Below, in pieces: positions 28,401-39,698 of a DNA stretch of 64,000 nucleotides. This stretch comes from Lingula anatina. Lineage: Eukaryota > Animalia > Brachiopoda. The notes beneath the pieces are model-generated. The model was given only the letters and a program-made list of their open reading frames with translations, was not told the origin of the DNA and ran no database searches. Location: assembly GCA_051362555.1 (NCBI GenBank), contig CM120644.1:5216954-5280953 (forward strand). The letters run 5' to 3'. Positions within the stretch are counted from its first letter, which is position 1. Each line of letters begins with the position of its first letter. The position numbers and the translations under genes were made by a program.

Positions 28401-31400
28401 AGTCCCCGTGTGCTCGATATTTGCAATTTCTTGCAGCAAATACTATCTTAGTAATTGAATCATGGCATATGTAATACAATTGATGAACATTTGGTCTTAA
28501 TATCACTTTGTCTTGATACGAAACAACTAGCTCTTATTCACAAGAAATCTAATTTTAACATTAATGATAAAATCAGCCCATTGTTGTTATTCACATCCAA
28601 AACAAATTTGGAAAACCTTTCAGTTCCCTTGTGGGAAGTTCACAGCGACAGCCGCGGCGACTTTTAAAGCATCTTTGACTACAAGCCTGACTACGAAGTT
28701 GTCTTCGCCTTTTATACAAAATGTCCGTGCAGCAATCTCTACCTCTTTGACATTATCTTTAACGTTTCGACTTGACATCGAATGCAGGTGAGAGACTATC
28801 AAATTTTGCATTAAAGGATAACGGTTGACAACATGCGCGCTGGTGTTCACTACCCTTATGCTGGTCTTATTTATGCCTTCGATGAAAGATCTTAAATTGA
28901 CACTATTTACAACGAGCTGCATTTATGGTGGATTTTGGTTAGACCTAAGACTTGTCAGATTGGACAATTAATAATTGATACTTCTCATGGTGGTGAGTAG
29001 TATGTACATGTAGATGTAGCTTTGACCGTTTTTTGTTTAACTTTCGTTTCCGATGGCTTTGCGTTAAATAACTGCACTCAATCGATTTGGAACAGAAGTG
29101 ATGCTACTGTGATAATACATTGGGAAGACAAGGCCGTGTGTTTAAAGGAAAACAATGTTGGAAAACAATTGCTTTTATTACGTCAAAATGCTTTTCCTCC
29201 TGTTTCAGCTACACTAAAACGGGTCCTGACAACCCGAAGTACAAACATCCGATCGACAACGTACTCATCGTACCATTTTGTATCCCTATATTTTGGGGTA
29301 TATGCATTCCGGCCGCCGTAGTTGCTGATTTGACCGTGGCATACACGCTCACTGCTCAGGTTAGTTGTTTTAAAAAGGAGGAAACCATCTCCATTGCCTC
29401 GTACGTAGTTATATCCAGATCTATTTTTCTTAGAAAAAATGAATAAAACGACTTCATTTAACGATAGCATTTCTCGATGAATATATTGCATGCATTAGGA
29501 AATAATTTTTGAGTGAATGTTTTTAATTTAACTGTCGCAGAATGTTTTCCAGGTGAAAGGGTTCGTGTCACTTACATTGAAACGCACAGGTAGTCTCGAA
29601 GCCTCTGCAGAATGGAATCACCCTGACGACATATCTTACTCTGGTCCCTCAGTAAGTTATGGCTTATACCCCCTTTACACTGGACGGCGTCCTTTCTACG
29701 TCCTCTCTGCGACCATGAAATTTGGCATCGCTGTGGTCTTAATAAGGAAGCACGAGCACTGATTTTGTATCAGAAGAACGCTCAATGATCGGCCAGTTGT
29801 CGGCACGTAAAATATTATAATTTTTTAACTCTCAAATGGGGCCGTGCTGCTGGACGCAGAAAGGACGCCGTCCAGTGTAAAGGGGCCCTTAGCAGTATTT
29901 GCTAATGCTTCATATGTGTATCTCCAAAAACAAAAACAAAATATTTCTCTGCAGCATGACGTTATATACTTACTCGAGTGACAAATAGGTAGTCTGTTTC
30001 TGGAAAATTTTCTTACATATCCATCTTACTATATGTACAGTAAAAGGCTTGTATCATTTAGCTATATGAAAAGCATACATGATGCACATAATTTATTTCA
30101 TCTATTGCTTGCAGACCCGTAATATTGCAAGCACCAGTTTCTTACCAGTTTCTCATCTCAACTTATTTATACCTTTAAGTATGCAGTAGATATACAGGTA
30201 TACGTACCCACCAAAACGAGCTGATCAACAATAATTTTTCAATTGGTTTTATGCTCACAAATATGTGTTACATTTCTTAGTTCTCGCTGACCCCACTGAC
30301 AAAAAGCCTCGACGGCGGGTTGGAAAAAGACGAGACATTTGTCCGAGCAGAGCTTGAAATAACTCCAGCGTTAAAAGTGCACATCCCAAACATGGCTAAA
30401 ATCGCCCGTATTATACGTGCCGCATCTTTGTGGATAAGAAAGTGGTTGAAAAAATTATTTGGCGAAGCAAAATCAATACGTAAGTTTTTCGTAGGAGCAT
30501 TTGAATTTTGGAAGAATTTATTGATGAGTAGTTTAATGATAACGTTTGTAGGTGCACAATAATTCCTTTATAACTGTCACGTACACATCCATACACACTT
30601 AATTGTGTTAAATCAGCCTAGCAGGATATAATTAACTGAAAATCCCAAAAGGATATTGAAGAACATATGGCGAATATGGTATTCAAAAATAGCATGTATT
30701 CCAGTCCAGATTGTATTGCCCACCTAAATGAAGAGAGCCCACTTGGAATTCTTTTTACCATGCCTACAAGCTGTATTATATTTTAATTATTTACCTATGT
30801 AAAGTCTATAAAATACTTATAATGATAACGACCCCTTTGCTTAATGCTCAAACACTCTATGTAGGTTTAATACTGTCAAGCATACAAAAGTGAGATATGG
30901 ATATCGAATATCACTCGGGTACATTTACTTGGAGAGGGTTGTATAAGCGTTCAAGAATTAGTTACTTGAGAAATGAAGCGAAATTTAGAAACTCACATTT
31001 CATGCCAGTTGCTGTGAAGATGTGTATTCAATAACTTTACGTTCATTTTACTTGTTTTGAAATATTGGCACACAAAGGGGCTTAACAGAACCAATTTGAA
31101 GACACACATCATGGTATTCTTACACATTGTCTTTTGGGATCAATACTGTCAGTGCTATATACAGGTAGCTTCTTAGATAACAAAAATCCCCTTTATTTGG
31201 TTGAAATATATTGACCCACATTACCAACTTCTAGCTGGTCCAGTCATGGTGATATAATCAAAACTTAACTGACCATTCAGAATTTGATTACAGTTCCTAT
31301 CGGTAGAAATAAACGAATGTCAAAATGCATAAAGGTAAATGCTCTGTATGATCTTGGATTCTTTTAAGAAATTCGCAATTTCCAGTAAGTTTCTCGTCAT

Positions 31401-34400
31401 TTTCTGCACCCCTCATTTTCTGCGAGGTATATTGCAGCTGTGTACCATTAAAACACTCTAAAAATAACAGTTTTTAAAGGCCATTTATGGCTTGCGTGAC
31501 AAGTTTACCTTTTATCATTGGCCTTCGGGCAGGAACACGCGTGTACATGTATGTTCCTGCTTTACGACATAAATGGAAGGAAAATTAATCTCTCTCTTTA
31601 TATTTTCAGACATAGATCCAATCCTTGAGTTCGTCCTATCAGCACCACTAATAGGCAGAGCAGAGGCCGTTGCATGCCCCAGTGATTGCGAGAATTATCC
31701 TGAGGAAAATATCAAACTGGCAGCTCACGCGGGACTTCCCGAGAGTTATAACGGAGACCTCTACATCCGGGTACCACTTACCCAGAAAGCAATACCTTGG
31801 AAGTTGTTCAGCAAACAAGGAAACCATTTTGATTGGAGGTGGGTCTCCGGCGCCATGCAGTACTGTTTTGTTATTACTTGTTTTCAAGGGAGTAGAACCA
31901 TTAGTCTAGATAAAGAAATTCTTCTCCATCCTCCGAAACACCGTTAATCCAATGAATTAAAATGACGTAATTTACAAGTGAAATGCGATATATGTTAAAA
32001 ATTGAATGAGTTGGGAATGGACATTACCAACAGCATCAAGGACATTCGTTGTCTAACAACACAAATGAACTTGGTGTATTTGAATATATTGTTAGCACGT
32101 TCAGTCCAATTTAAGGATATTGTAAATCTTTATTATCATCCAGGTACCGTAAATGATTTTTCCTGCATCTTATCATTCAATAATGCATCTATCTTTGTGC
32201 TGATAAAACGATGAAAATACCCTAGAAAATATGAAATATCGGCGTTTACCTTTTTCCTTTTCAATGTATTAGCATAGGCACCTCAAAGCTTTAATCGTCA
32301 ATTTAACACCTTCCTATTTTGAAGTGAGATAGCCTTCACCCCTGAACAAGATAAATTGATGAAACTTGGCAGAGTTGAACAAGGCTGTACTCCCAGAGCA
32401 TTTAGATCGATCTATCCCCGCGGGGAGTCTCACTAGATTACTGTCAGATAATCCGGCTTAAATGTCCGTCCCGCCTACTACAAGCTGTAAGGGGGTAATT
32501 AACTTTGGTGTCCGCTCGGCTGACAGCTATTTAGCATGAACCCCCAGGGAGTTAGGTCGATCTAAAGTAGATCGATCTTATCTCTGGAAATGGGGTCCAA
32601 GAGTGTACAGGCCACAATCCCATGCCATCATTTTGGTTTAAATGTTGTTATGGAGTTATGGGCCCATAATTATAGATTTTCTTGAAACAAAGGCGTTATT
32701 TTGCTATATAAGCGATAAAATCTGAACTGAGACTTTTAAGAAATATCGCTGGCAGTGATTTGGAGTAGTAAATGGTGTCATTAAATCGGCGTTGAAACGG
32801 TGATCTCGGGTGCTCTGGTAAAAGAGAAATTTGAGAAACCAATTTTTCATTTTTTACCGCAAAATCGCAATTATGACATCCCCGTAAAATGAAATGTGTG
32901 TAAATGTAATTTAGTCACTGCACACTGAAGATTGATTTTTTACCCAAAATAATGTATATAAGGCAGTAAATAAGGAAATTTCGGCGACGGGTGACAATAT
33001 CCTTAAGGCATTTACAATTTTATGCATATGCCAGTTGGAGGTCGTGAACGTTTTTCTATATTTTTGTTACAGAAAGTGTCTTGTATGGGATCCCTTTCCG
33101 CCATGTGAAGAGACCACAACCACTTCTACAACTACCATTACACCTCCGCCAACAGAAACTGCAACCCCTTATTCACTACCTACACCACCCGATGTAACGC
33201 CTTCAGTAGTCAGCGGTGATCCCCACATGATAACATTTGACGGGGCTAGGATTACCTTTGACGGGGCTTGCCGCTATCTTTTAACAGGCCTGTGTCCAAT
33301 TTATAAGGTATGACTTTCTCCCTCCCTCCTCTTTCTAGTACTCTAACACCATCTCTCTCTCTCTCTCCCTCCCTCCCTCTCTCTGTCTCTCTCTCTCTCT
33401 CTCTAAATGATTAACAGTACGAAAAGATTCACCGTATCTGAACCTGAGGTTAATTATCACCAGTAAGTATAGTACGTACAAATTTATAGCAAAAAGTATT
33501 GTAACGTACCGCAGATGACCCATTTAATGACAGATGATAAGCACAATCAATTTTAGTCGGGTTTAACGTTGACAGACGAGCACTGACATTAACTCATATT
33601 GGAAGAAGGAAAATTAATATCGGTGCACCTGGACCTGATATTTGTTTAAAGGGAAAAATCGCCAGTCCAGACTGCCGTATTTAACGTTTTAAGATATTGC
33701 TTCTCTCTTTGGACATAACCTTGACGCCGATGTCTAAACTGTTTCATTTTTTACCTGGGGTTGAAGGTTGGCGTAGTGACATCATGAATCACATCACAGA
33801 AATAAAACGACTACACGGGTGTGAAATTGAAACACCGTTCAGGTTATTTCCGTTGTATAGTACAAATTGTTAAGTATTAGTTTTTAATAGTGCATATAAG
33901 ATTCGATATTACACCATATTTGTTAACGACGATCTGCCACACAGTCCATTACAATAGCACACCGAGAGGGAAATCAGTGACGTCACATGTCAATCATTGT
34001 CCCAGTGTGACACAGACGGAGATTGATATGAAGGTAGCAGAATAATAAGAAATAATATGACTTAAAGCATGCAAAAAGAATGTCAAGTGCAAAAAGAATG
34101 TCAAGCGATATTGATATCCGAGATGTAACTCACTGTTTAATGCGTTTCTGAATAGAGTGACGTCGAATATTTCACTCTGAGCGGAAGGAATACCCAGAAA
34201 GGCCGGGGAATATTTGTGGAGGATGTCCTGCTGACTTTATATGGGCATCGACTTCACCTGTCACACGCAGGGATAGTCAGTGTAGGTTTTATGTTATTGG
34301 ATACATGTGCTGAGTTTGCATACCTAGTGAAAGGCAATAAAAGTGAAATGCAATAAAAAGAAATATGTCATAACAATGAAAATAATGTTTACCGTTATTA

Positions 34401-35208
34401 TCAGAAAAGCCTAGATGTCAGAATTAAAATCAAAAGTGTTCAGAATAAATAAATGAGAGCCGCTCAGATAGCATCTTTTTAAAACCACATCTTTTTCTTA
34501 CAGGTGGATGGCAAAGAACAAAATTTGCCTTTTTGGAACGGTCGTATTAACATAACAAAGACTGTACTCGCCAACACACATGCACGGGTGTCTAAAAGGT
34601 TAATGTTAGAACCCGTGCTACGTCTGGAGACGGCCGCCATGATAAACATTACGTTTACAGTCCGTCACCCAGACAGCGATGGCCAACATCATCTGCGGAT
34701 GGAAATTCCTGGGCAATATCGAGGAAAACTGTGTGGCCTGGCTCAGAATTTCAATGGTGACCCTTCTGATGACTACCGCCTGTGTGACGGACAAGACATC
34801 CGCCATATTGCGCCTGCTCAGATACGGGACCAAATCATAGCAGAGAGTTGTCGTGTTTGGGATGAGGTCGACGGTCCAAGGTGAGAGTGGGATATAGAAT
34901 TTACTTCTTACCAGTTGCACGATAATATTATCTTAAATTTCAAGGCAGTGATCTCAGTCTGAGATACAAGACTCGCTGTTGTTTACTCACTTTGCTATAT
35001 TATGTCTGACAACCAAATATAGAGGCGGAGTAAGTTGTAGTACTTGATACAAAACCCCCCCTGTGATATGATGCGGGTTTTGCGCTCAATTTCTGTCGTA
35101 AATTTTAGAATAAAATGGAGAAGAACTCACGCTTCTTTTTTCTGTAAAATAGAAAAAAAAGACTATGATAACCTTTATAACTTTTTATCTTCCAGCCCCA
35201 TTTGTTAG
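25414..35208 (+). CDS. Large secreted protein with C-terminal VWD domain, copy 1 (about 912 aa if a 1-nt frameshift is repaired; possible pseudogene)
   Basis: Exons 25414-25678, 25969-26261, 26486-26732, 27677-27821, 28081-28275, 28624-28787, 29209-29359, 29553-29651, 30281-30479, 31610-31838, 33073-33307, 34156-34281, 34504-34880, 35196-35208. All are GT-AG, and the first 11 match the exons of copy 2. The sum of 2738 nt is one base short of frame. VWD motifs SGDPHMITFDG...GACRYLL and YRGKLCGLAQNFNGDPSDD. Confidence 0.8.
29667..29888. mobile_element. MITE (Harbinger-like) in an intron of copy 1
   Basis: About 28-bp TIR CCCCTTTACACTGGACGGCGTCCTTTCT / AGAAAGGACGCCGTCCAGTGTAAAGGGG with TTA/TTA duplication; absent from the paralogous intron near 60740. 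Confidence 0.85.
32388..32598. mobile_element. Hairpin MITE (GATCGATC family)
   Basis: Inverted arms TTTAGATCGATCTA...CTGTCAG and CTGACAG...TAGGTCGATCTAAA. Confidence 0.55.
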
Positions 35209-35604
35209 ACGACTTAGATGGCAACAGACGGATGTACTAAACTGGAGACTGAATTTAGCCCGACGTGGTTTTACAGAACAATCGCCAGTGCTTTGTGTTC
35301 CGATTACTTATCTTCATTCCTGAGTCAGTCTTTCAAGATAGTTGTTTAATTCAAGAAATACTTACCGGTCCTAATCCACGTAATGATTTGACTTTCAACC
35401 ATTGCAATAATTGGAGAATGATTTATTGATAACTGTGAAATGGAGCGCCAGTTTTACCGAATTACTGTTAGATCACACAAATAAGTTAACAAAATTCTTA
35501 TTCGTATGACTAAATGTTACTTATGCTAATTCATATTGTTCTGTGCATCACTTACGTAACTTGACCTCTACAAACAAAGGATATCTCTTGACATTTTACC
35601 TGAA

Positions 35605-36170
35605 AATCAGATCCAAATATCGAAAGTGGGTGCATGATCTTTTAAAGTATGACCAAAATATCAAGTGAGATACCTGGAATCAAAGTGGGATAAATTTATA
35701 TTATCAAAATATTAAAGCGGGATAGCTTTATATGCTATTACCAATTTATCAAAGTGGGATAGCTTAATATTATCAAAATACCAAAGTGGGAAAGCTTTAT
35801 ATTATCTAAGTATCATAGTGGGATAGCTTTATATTATTTAAGCAAAATATCAAAGTGGGATAGCTTTGTGTTATGTTACCAAAATATCAAAGTGGGATAG
35901 CGTTGCATAAAATTATCAATAATCAAAGCGGGACAGTTTTATATAATATCATCAAAATTTCAAAGTGCCAAAGCTTGATTTCATATCAGTGTAATATAAT
36001 GTTTGGTAGGGTTATTATTCAAAAATCAAAATGAAAGGTTTACATAATGCTGATAAAATATCATTGTGGGATCGGATGATATGATGTATATGATATGTTA
36101 AAGTGAGAAAGATAGAAATGATATTAATGAAATATCAAAGTTGGATATATTTAGATGATATCAATTCCAC
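35605..36170. repeat. Degenerate minisatellite (about 32-36-bp unit, AAAATATCAAAGTGGGATAGCTTTATATTATC)
   Basis: More than ten recognisable ATCAAAGTGGGATAG cores in tandem about 400 bp downstream of the copy 1 stop codon. Confidence 0.85.
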
Positions 36171-37344
36171 AAAAAATCTGAAATAAAATGGTAATGGTTA
36201 ACTGTTGACTTCAATATAATTTTTACTGACGCCTGGGTTAAAAAAGGTAACATGATTTAAAATAATTTTCATCATAAATAAGCGAATTTTTTGAATTTTT
36301 TTCCGTAAATGAGGAAAAGTTTCTTATTCGGGTACATAATACTAATTGCTATATTGTCATTTGATATTTTAGGCAGAGCATGGTTTCACTATGTGGTTCT
36401 AGTGTCACTAATGTGGCACCTAATACTAGTGTTTCAATCCGGCATTGGTACCACTTACCTCATCGTGGTACTACTAATCTTACGGTACCATGCTTTAACA
36501 TGACTGTGCTAATTCGCAAGGAATCTCGGTTCATTTTCTCACTGGATGGCGCCAATAGATTTCCATAACTATAGATGTCGACCTTTTTATATACTCGTGA
36601 AATAATTTACCCATTCTCGTTAAATGACACATAACACAACTGTTAAAGAGAATCACTAAGAATGTTAACAGATTTGCTGTATCAAATGTACCACCCGTAC
36701 CTTAAATTTACATAGGGCGAGTGTAGATTTCCTGTAACGCATAGACAACATCCACTTGTTACCTACACGGCTGAAATAAAGTATTTTAGACTTTAAATAA
36801 ATATTATTATTAAACCAAATTAATCACGTGGTCATCTATAAAAAAGTTATAAAACTTCAACTTCAAATTGTTCGTCATAAATTTGACTTATATGTCCTCT
36901 AATTCGTAAAAGTCCGCCAAATAACGCAGTTATGTGTGAAGAAGTTATCTTTATCTTTTGCTCATGTTACGACACAGTTATAGTCTTTCTTATTATTTAT
37001 TAACCACCTTCCAGTTGTTACATGCGCCGCTTCTTTCATTCCTATTTCTACCTCATGCAATCTCTAGATACCGGCCTTATCCCCCGTTTAAATTACGCGC
37101 AGTTTTATACATACCATAAGAGCATGTCAATCAACTCAAATCACTCTACAAAACACTTCCCGCTCCTGTCAATTACTAACATTACATTTTTATGACTTCA
37201 TTAATGCTACCCAAGCAATTAAGCAATTATTCAAATAAATTGCTGGAAATGCCCTAGAGTTATATATATAGCTCAGAAAGAAAGCATATTATATCCCTTC
37301 AATAATCATTTAATATAAAGCGATGCCCCTTGATATTTCTGTAA

Positions 37345-38015
37345 TACCCCTGTCACACGAAAGGCAGAATGAGCAAGAATACCGTCGGACAGTTCTTTGT
37401 GCGTTCCTGGATAATCGAAGAGCATTCTAAAATTCCGAGTGCATTCCAAATATTTTTACCCATTCTTGTGGGCGGCCCGAATGTTTTGCTCATGTTAAAA
37501 ACTTTCGAAGTGCATTCGAAGTGGAAAATTATCGAATGGCATTTGAATAGTATTCTAACTGCACTATGACTGTATTCTAAATATTCTCCCGGCATTCCTA
37601 CAGCATTCGAAACATTCTGATCACATTCAAGGGAGAACCGAAAGGGCAAGACACTTCAAAGGTAGAATGAGCCGAAATGCAACTCGAATGCATCTCGATG
37701 GTTGCCGAAATCCTATTTCAGCCAGCAATCGAACTACATTCGTACGGTATTCGAAGTGTATTCTAAATATTCTGACTGCATTCTGACAGCATTATCGATA
37801 TTCCTAGTTTTTTAACTACATTCGAGCTGCATTTGAGAGATAATACAGCCGAAATGTGCACGTATCATTCCCGGCGGATTCAAGCGCATTCTGAGTATTC
37901 CAACGGCATTCTTACAATAATTTTTGTCAATTTGAAATTTCTTCCCGAATGTAGTACGAATTTTTTAATTCAGTCATTCCGACTGGTTCTGCTTGATTCC
38001 TGCTGATTCCGAATA
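37345..38015. mobile_element. Probable non-autonomous DNA transposon with ATTC/GAAT-rich internal repeats
   Basis: Starts TAA-TACCCCTGTCACACG (Harbinger-like end); interior is dense in GCATTCGAA/TTCGAATG words; right end not found. Confidence 0.45.
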
Positions 38016-38146
38016 AGTGCTTAAGTTATGTTATTTGAAATCATATAGTGGCAATAGGGCGAGATTTGCAGCACAGATATGACTTTAAATGCATCTTTAA
38101 GATGCATGTGAAGCGAAAGTGAATATCCTGTGACGTATACAAATTA

Positions 38147-38365
38147 CAGACTTGACATTTAATATGGAATTTTTTTTCCAAATCATTTTTCTTGAGTTTT
38201 TTTTTTTTTTTTTCATTTCGCTGACTGATAAATAAATAAGGATTAAAATCGTGTTTTTTTAAAAATAACTTTTATTTATCTTTTTGGTGTCATTGTGACA
38301 TCAGTTCATTAATTATATTCGCCAGTGAAGCAAACAAAAATACATTGCATATTCTATGTCATACG
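38147..38365. mobile_element. Terminal fragment of the same Tc1 family as 2178-3652
   Basis: TA-CAGACTTGACATTTAATATGGAAT... matches 2178-2384 over about 200 bp, then breaks off. Confidence 0.85.
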
Positions 38366-39604
38366 TCCGTAACCTGAGCCTCACGCTCATGTGTCCACTC
38401 AGTATCTGTAAGACAAGCGGTTTCTCGTTAAATGACATTCGTCATAACTGTAAATTAATATCTCTGAGACATGTGAACAGATTTGATTTAGCAAATATAT
38501 CCCCTGGACCTCACAGTAACATACGAAGGCAGCGTGCATTCCTGGTAACGCATATAGACCGCGTCTACTAGTTTCTTTTTTGGCAGAATAAAGTCGACAT
38601 GCCAAGAGATAGACCGAATTACTCACTCACTCAGCCACAAAAGAGCTTTCAAACTGCATCTTCTTCTTGTTTCTGGTCTTAAATTTGACCTACTCCGTTC
38701 TTCCAGCATAATACTCTATGGGAAATAGCTTCGAGTTTTTGTCACCCTCGAGGGTAAACAGTCGGCACCTTGTCGTTGACTTCTCTTGATAGACGTAATA
38801 GTATATGCAATATATAGATTTGACACGTAGATACTCGAACGCAGTCGTTGTGCAACTGAGTTTTGCAGAAATAACGCTATATAAGGAGCCCCTATCAACT
38901 TGCTACATAGTTTAGATGATCGCCATCACTTGCAAACACCGAAAGATGGTTCCCTATCTATGTGTTAGTCAAAGAGAAATTAAATTACACTTAAGCCTAG
39001 ATTACATTGCCAATCCTTCGGATTCCCGGCCTCCGTAGCCCTTAAAGCTTTGCCAAGCTCCAATTAAAAAAATTAAAAATCTATATGCCATGGGCCGTAT
39101 CATTGTCAGCGGCGAGCGCTGATTCTTAGCTGAGACAATGTGGACCTCCGCGATTATGAAAAGTCACCACACAGTTTTCGGTCTTAAAATCTTTCTTAAA
39201 TTTCGTATACGATCTCAGCCTTCCGTTTTTCTTTCTTGCCTCCCCCAACCGATAGTCGTGCATTCTTTCGAAGGAAACCCGGATATCTTTGCTGAAGCAT
39301 TATTTAAGTTTCTTAAGGGCCTATCTCAACACCATAAAGGAATGGCGAGAAAAAGAATCACAAATCGACCTTGGGGTCAATCCAAAAATACCGGTCCAAT
39401 GGCAAGACCCCATTTCATAAAGCCCCTCTCATGCTACATTAAAAGCAAGGGGTTTCACTGCTCTCAAAACGACGAAGACTCCGAAAGCGTTTATCGTGGA
39501 TTTCTACCGATGTAGAATGTGGGGTTTACAAAAGATGAACCCAGGGCGTAGCATGGCACGCGTAGATTGTTTTTAAAATATGTGTATTTAAAGTTTATGC
39601 ACCC
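38366..39604 (-). mobile_element. Kolobok-like transposon remnant, copy 1
   Basis: Near-identical to about 45179-46491. Ends ...TTTATGCACCC followed by a T-run and AA, the reverse of the TTAA-AGGTGCAT end seen at 9611. Degenerate minus-strand peptide W.CNL...YIALFL...YIAY...LPSRVTKTRSYFP resembles the P2X7-C-terminal/nanor-like KolX motif LPSCVVxxIRxxFP. Confidence 0.5.
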
Positions 39605-39698
39605 TTTTTTAAAACCATGTAGCTATTTCACAACAACTGGTTTCTAACCAATCAAGGTGACATCCGAACGTGAGGTCAACGCTCATAGCAACGTGAAA

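Noticed and set aside
35605-36170. CRISPR-like repeat/spacer appearance
   Set aside because: Linkers are short, mutually similar and AT-rich rather than unique spacers; no cas genes; eukaryotic context.
39138-39515. 125-aa plus-strand ORF upstream of CYP C
   Set aside because: Lies in a transposon-like block, and the duplicate copy at about 45956 has a large deletion in it.
39657-39698. N-terminal extension of CYP C in the ORF track; likewise the long ORF starts at 9418, 12817 and 41286
   Set aside because: Non-ATG starts or intronic read-through; paralog comparison fixes the ATG at 39699 and acceptors at 9378, 12911 and 41380.
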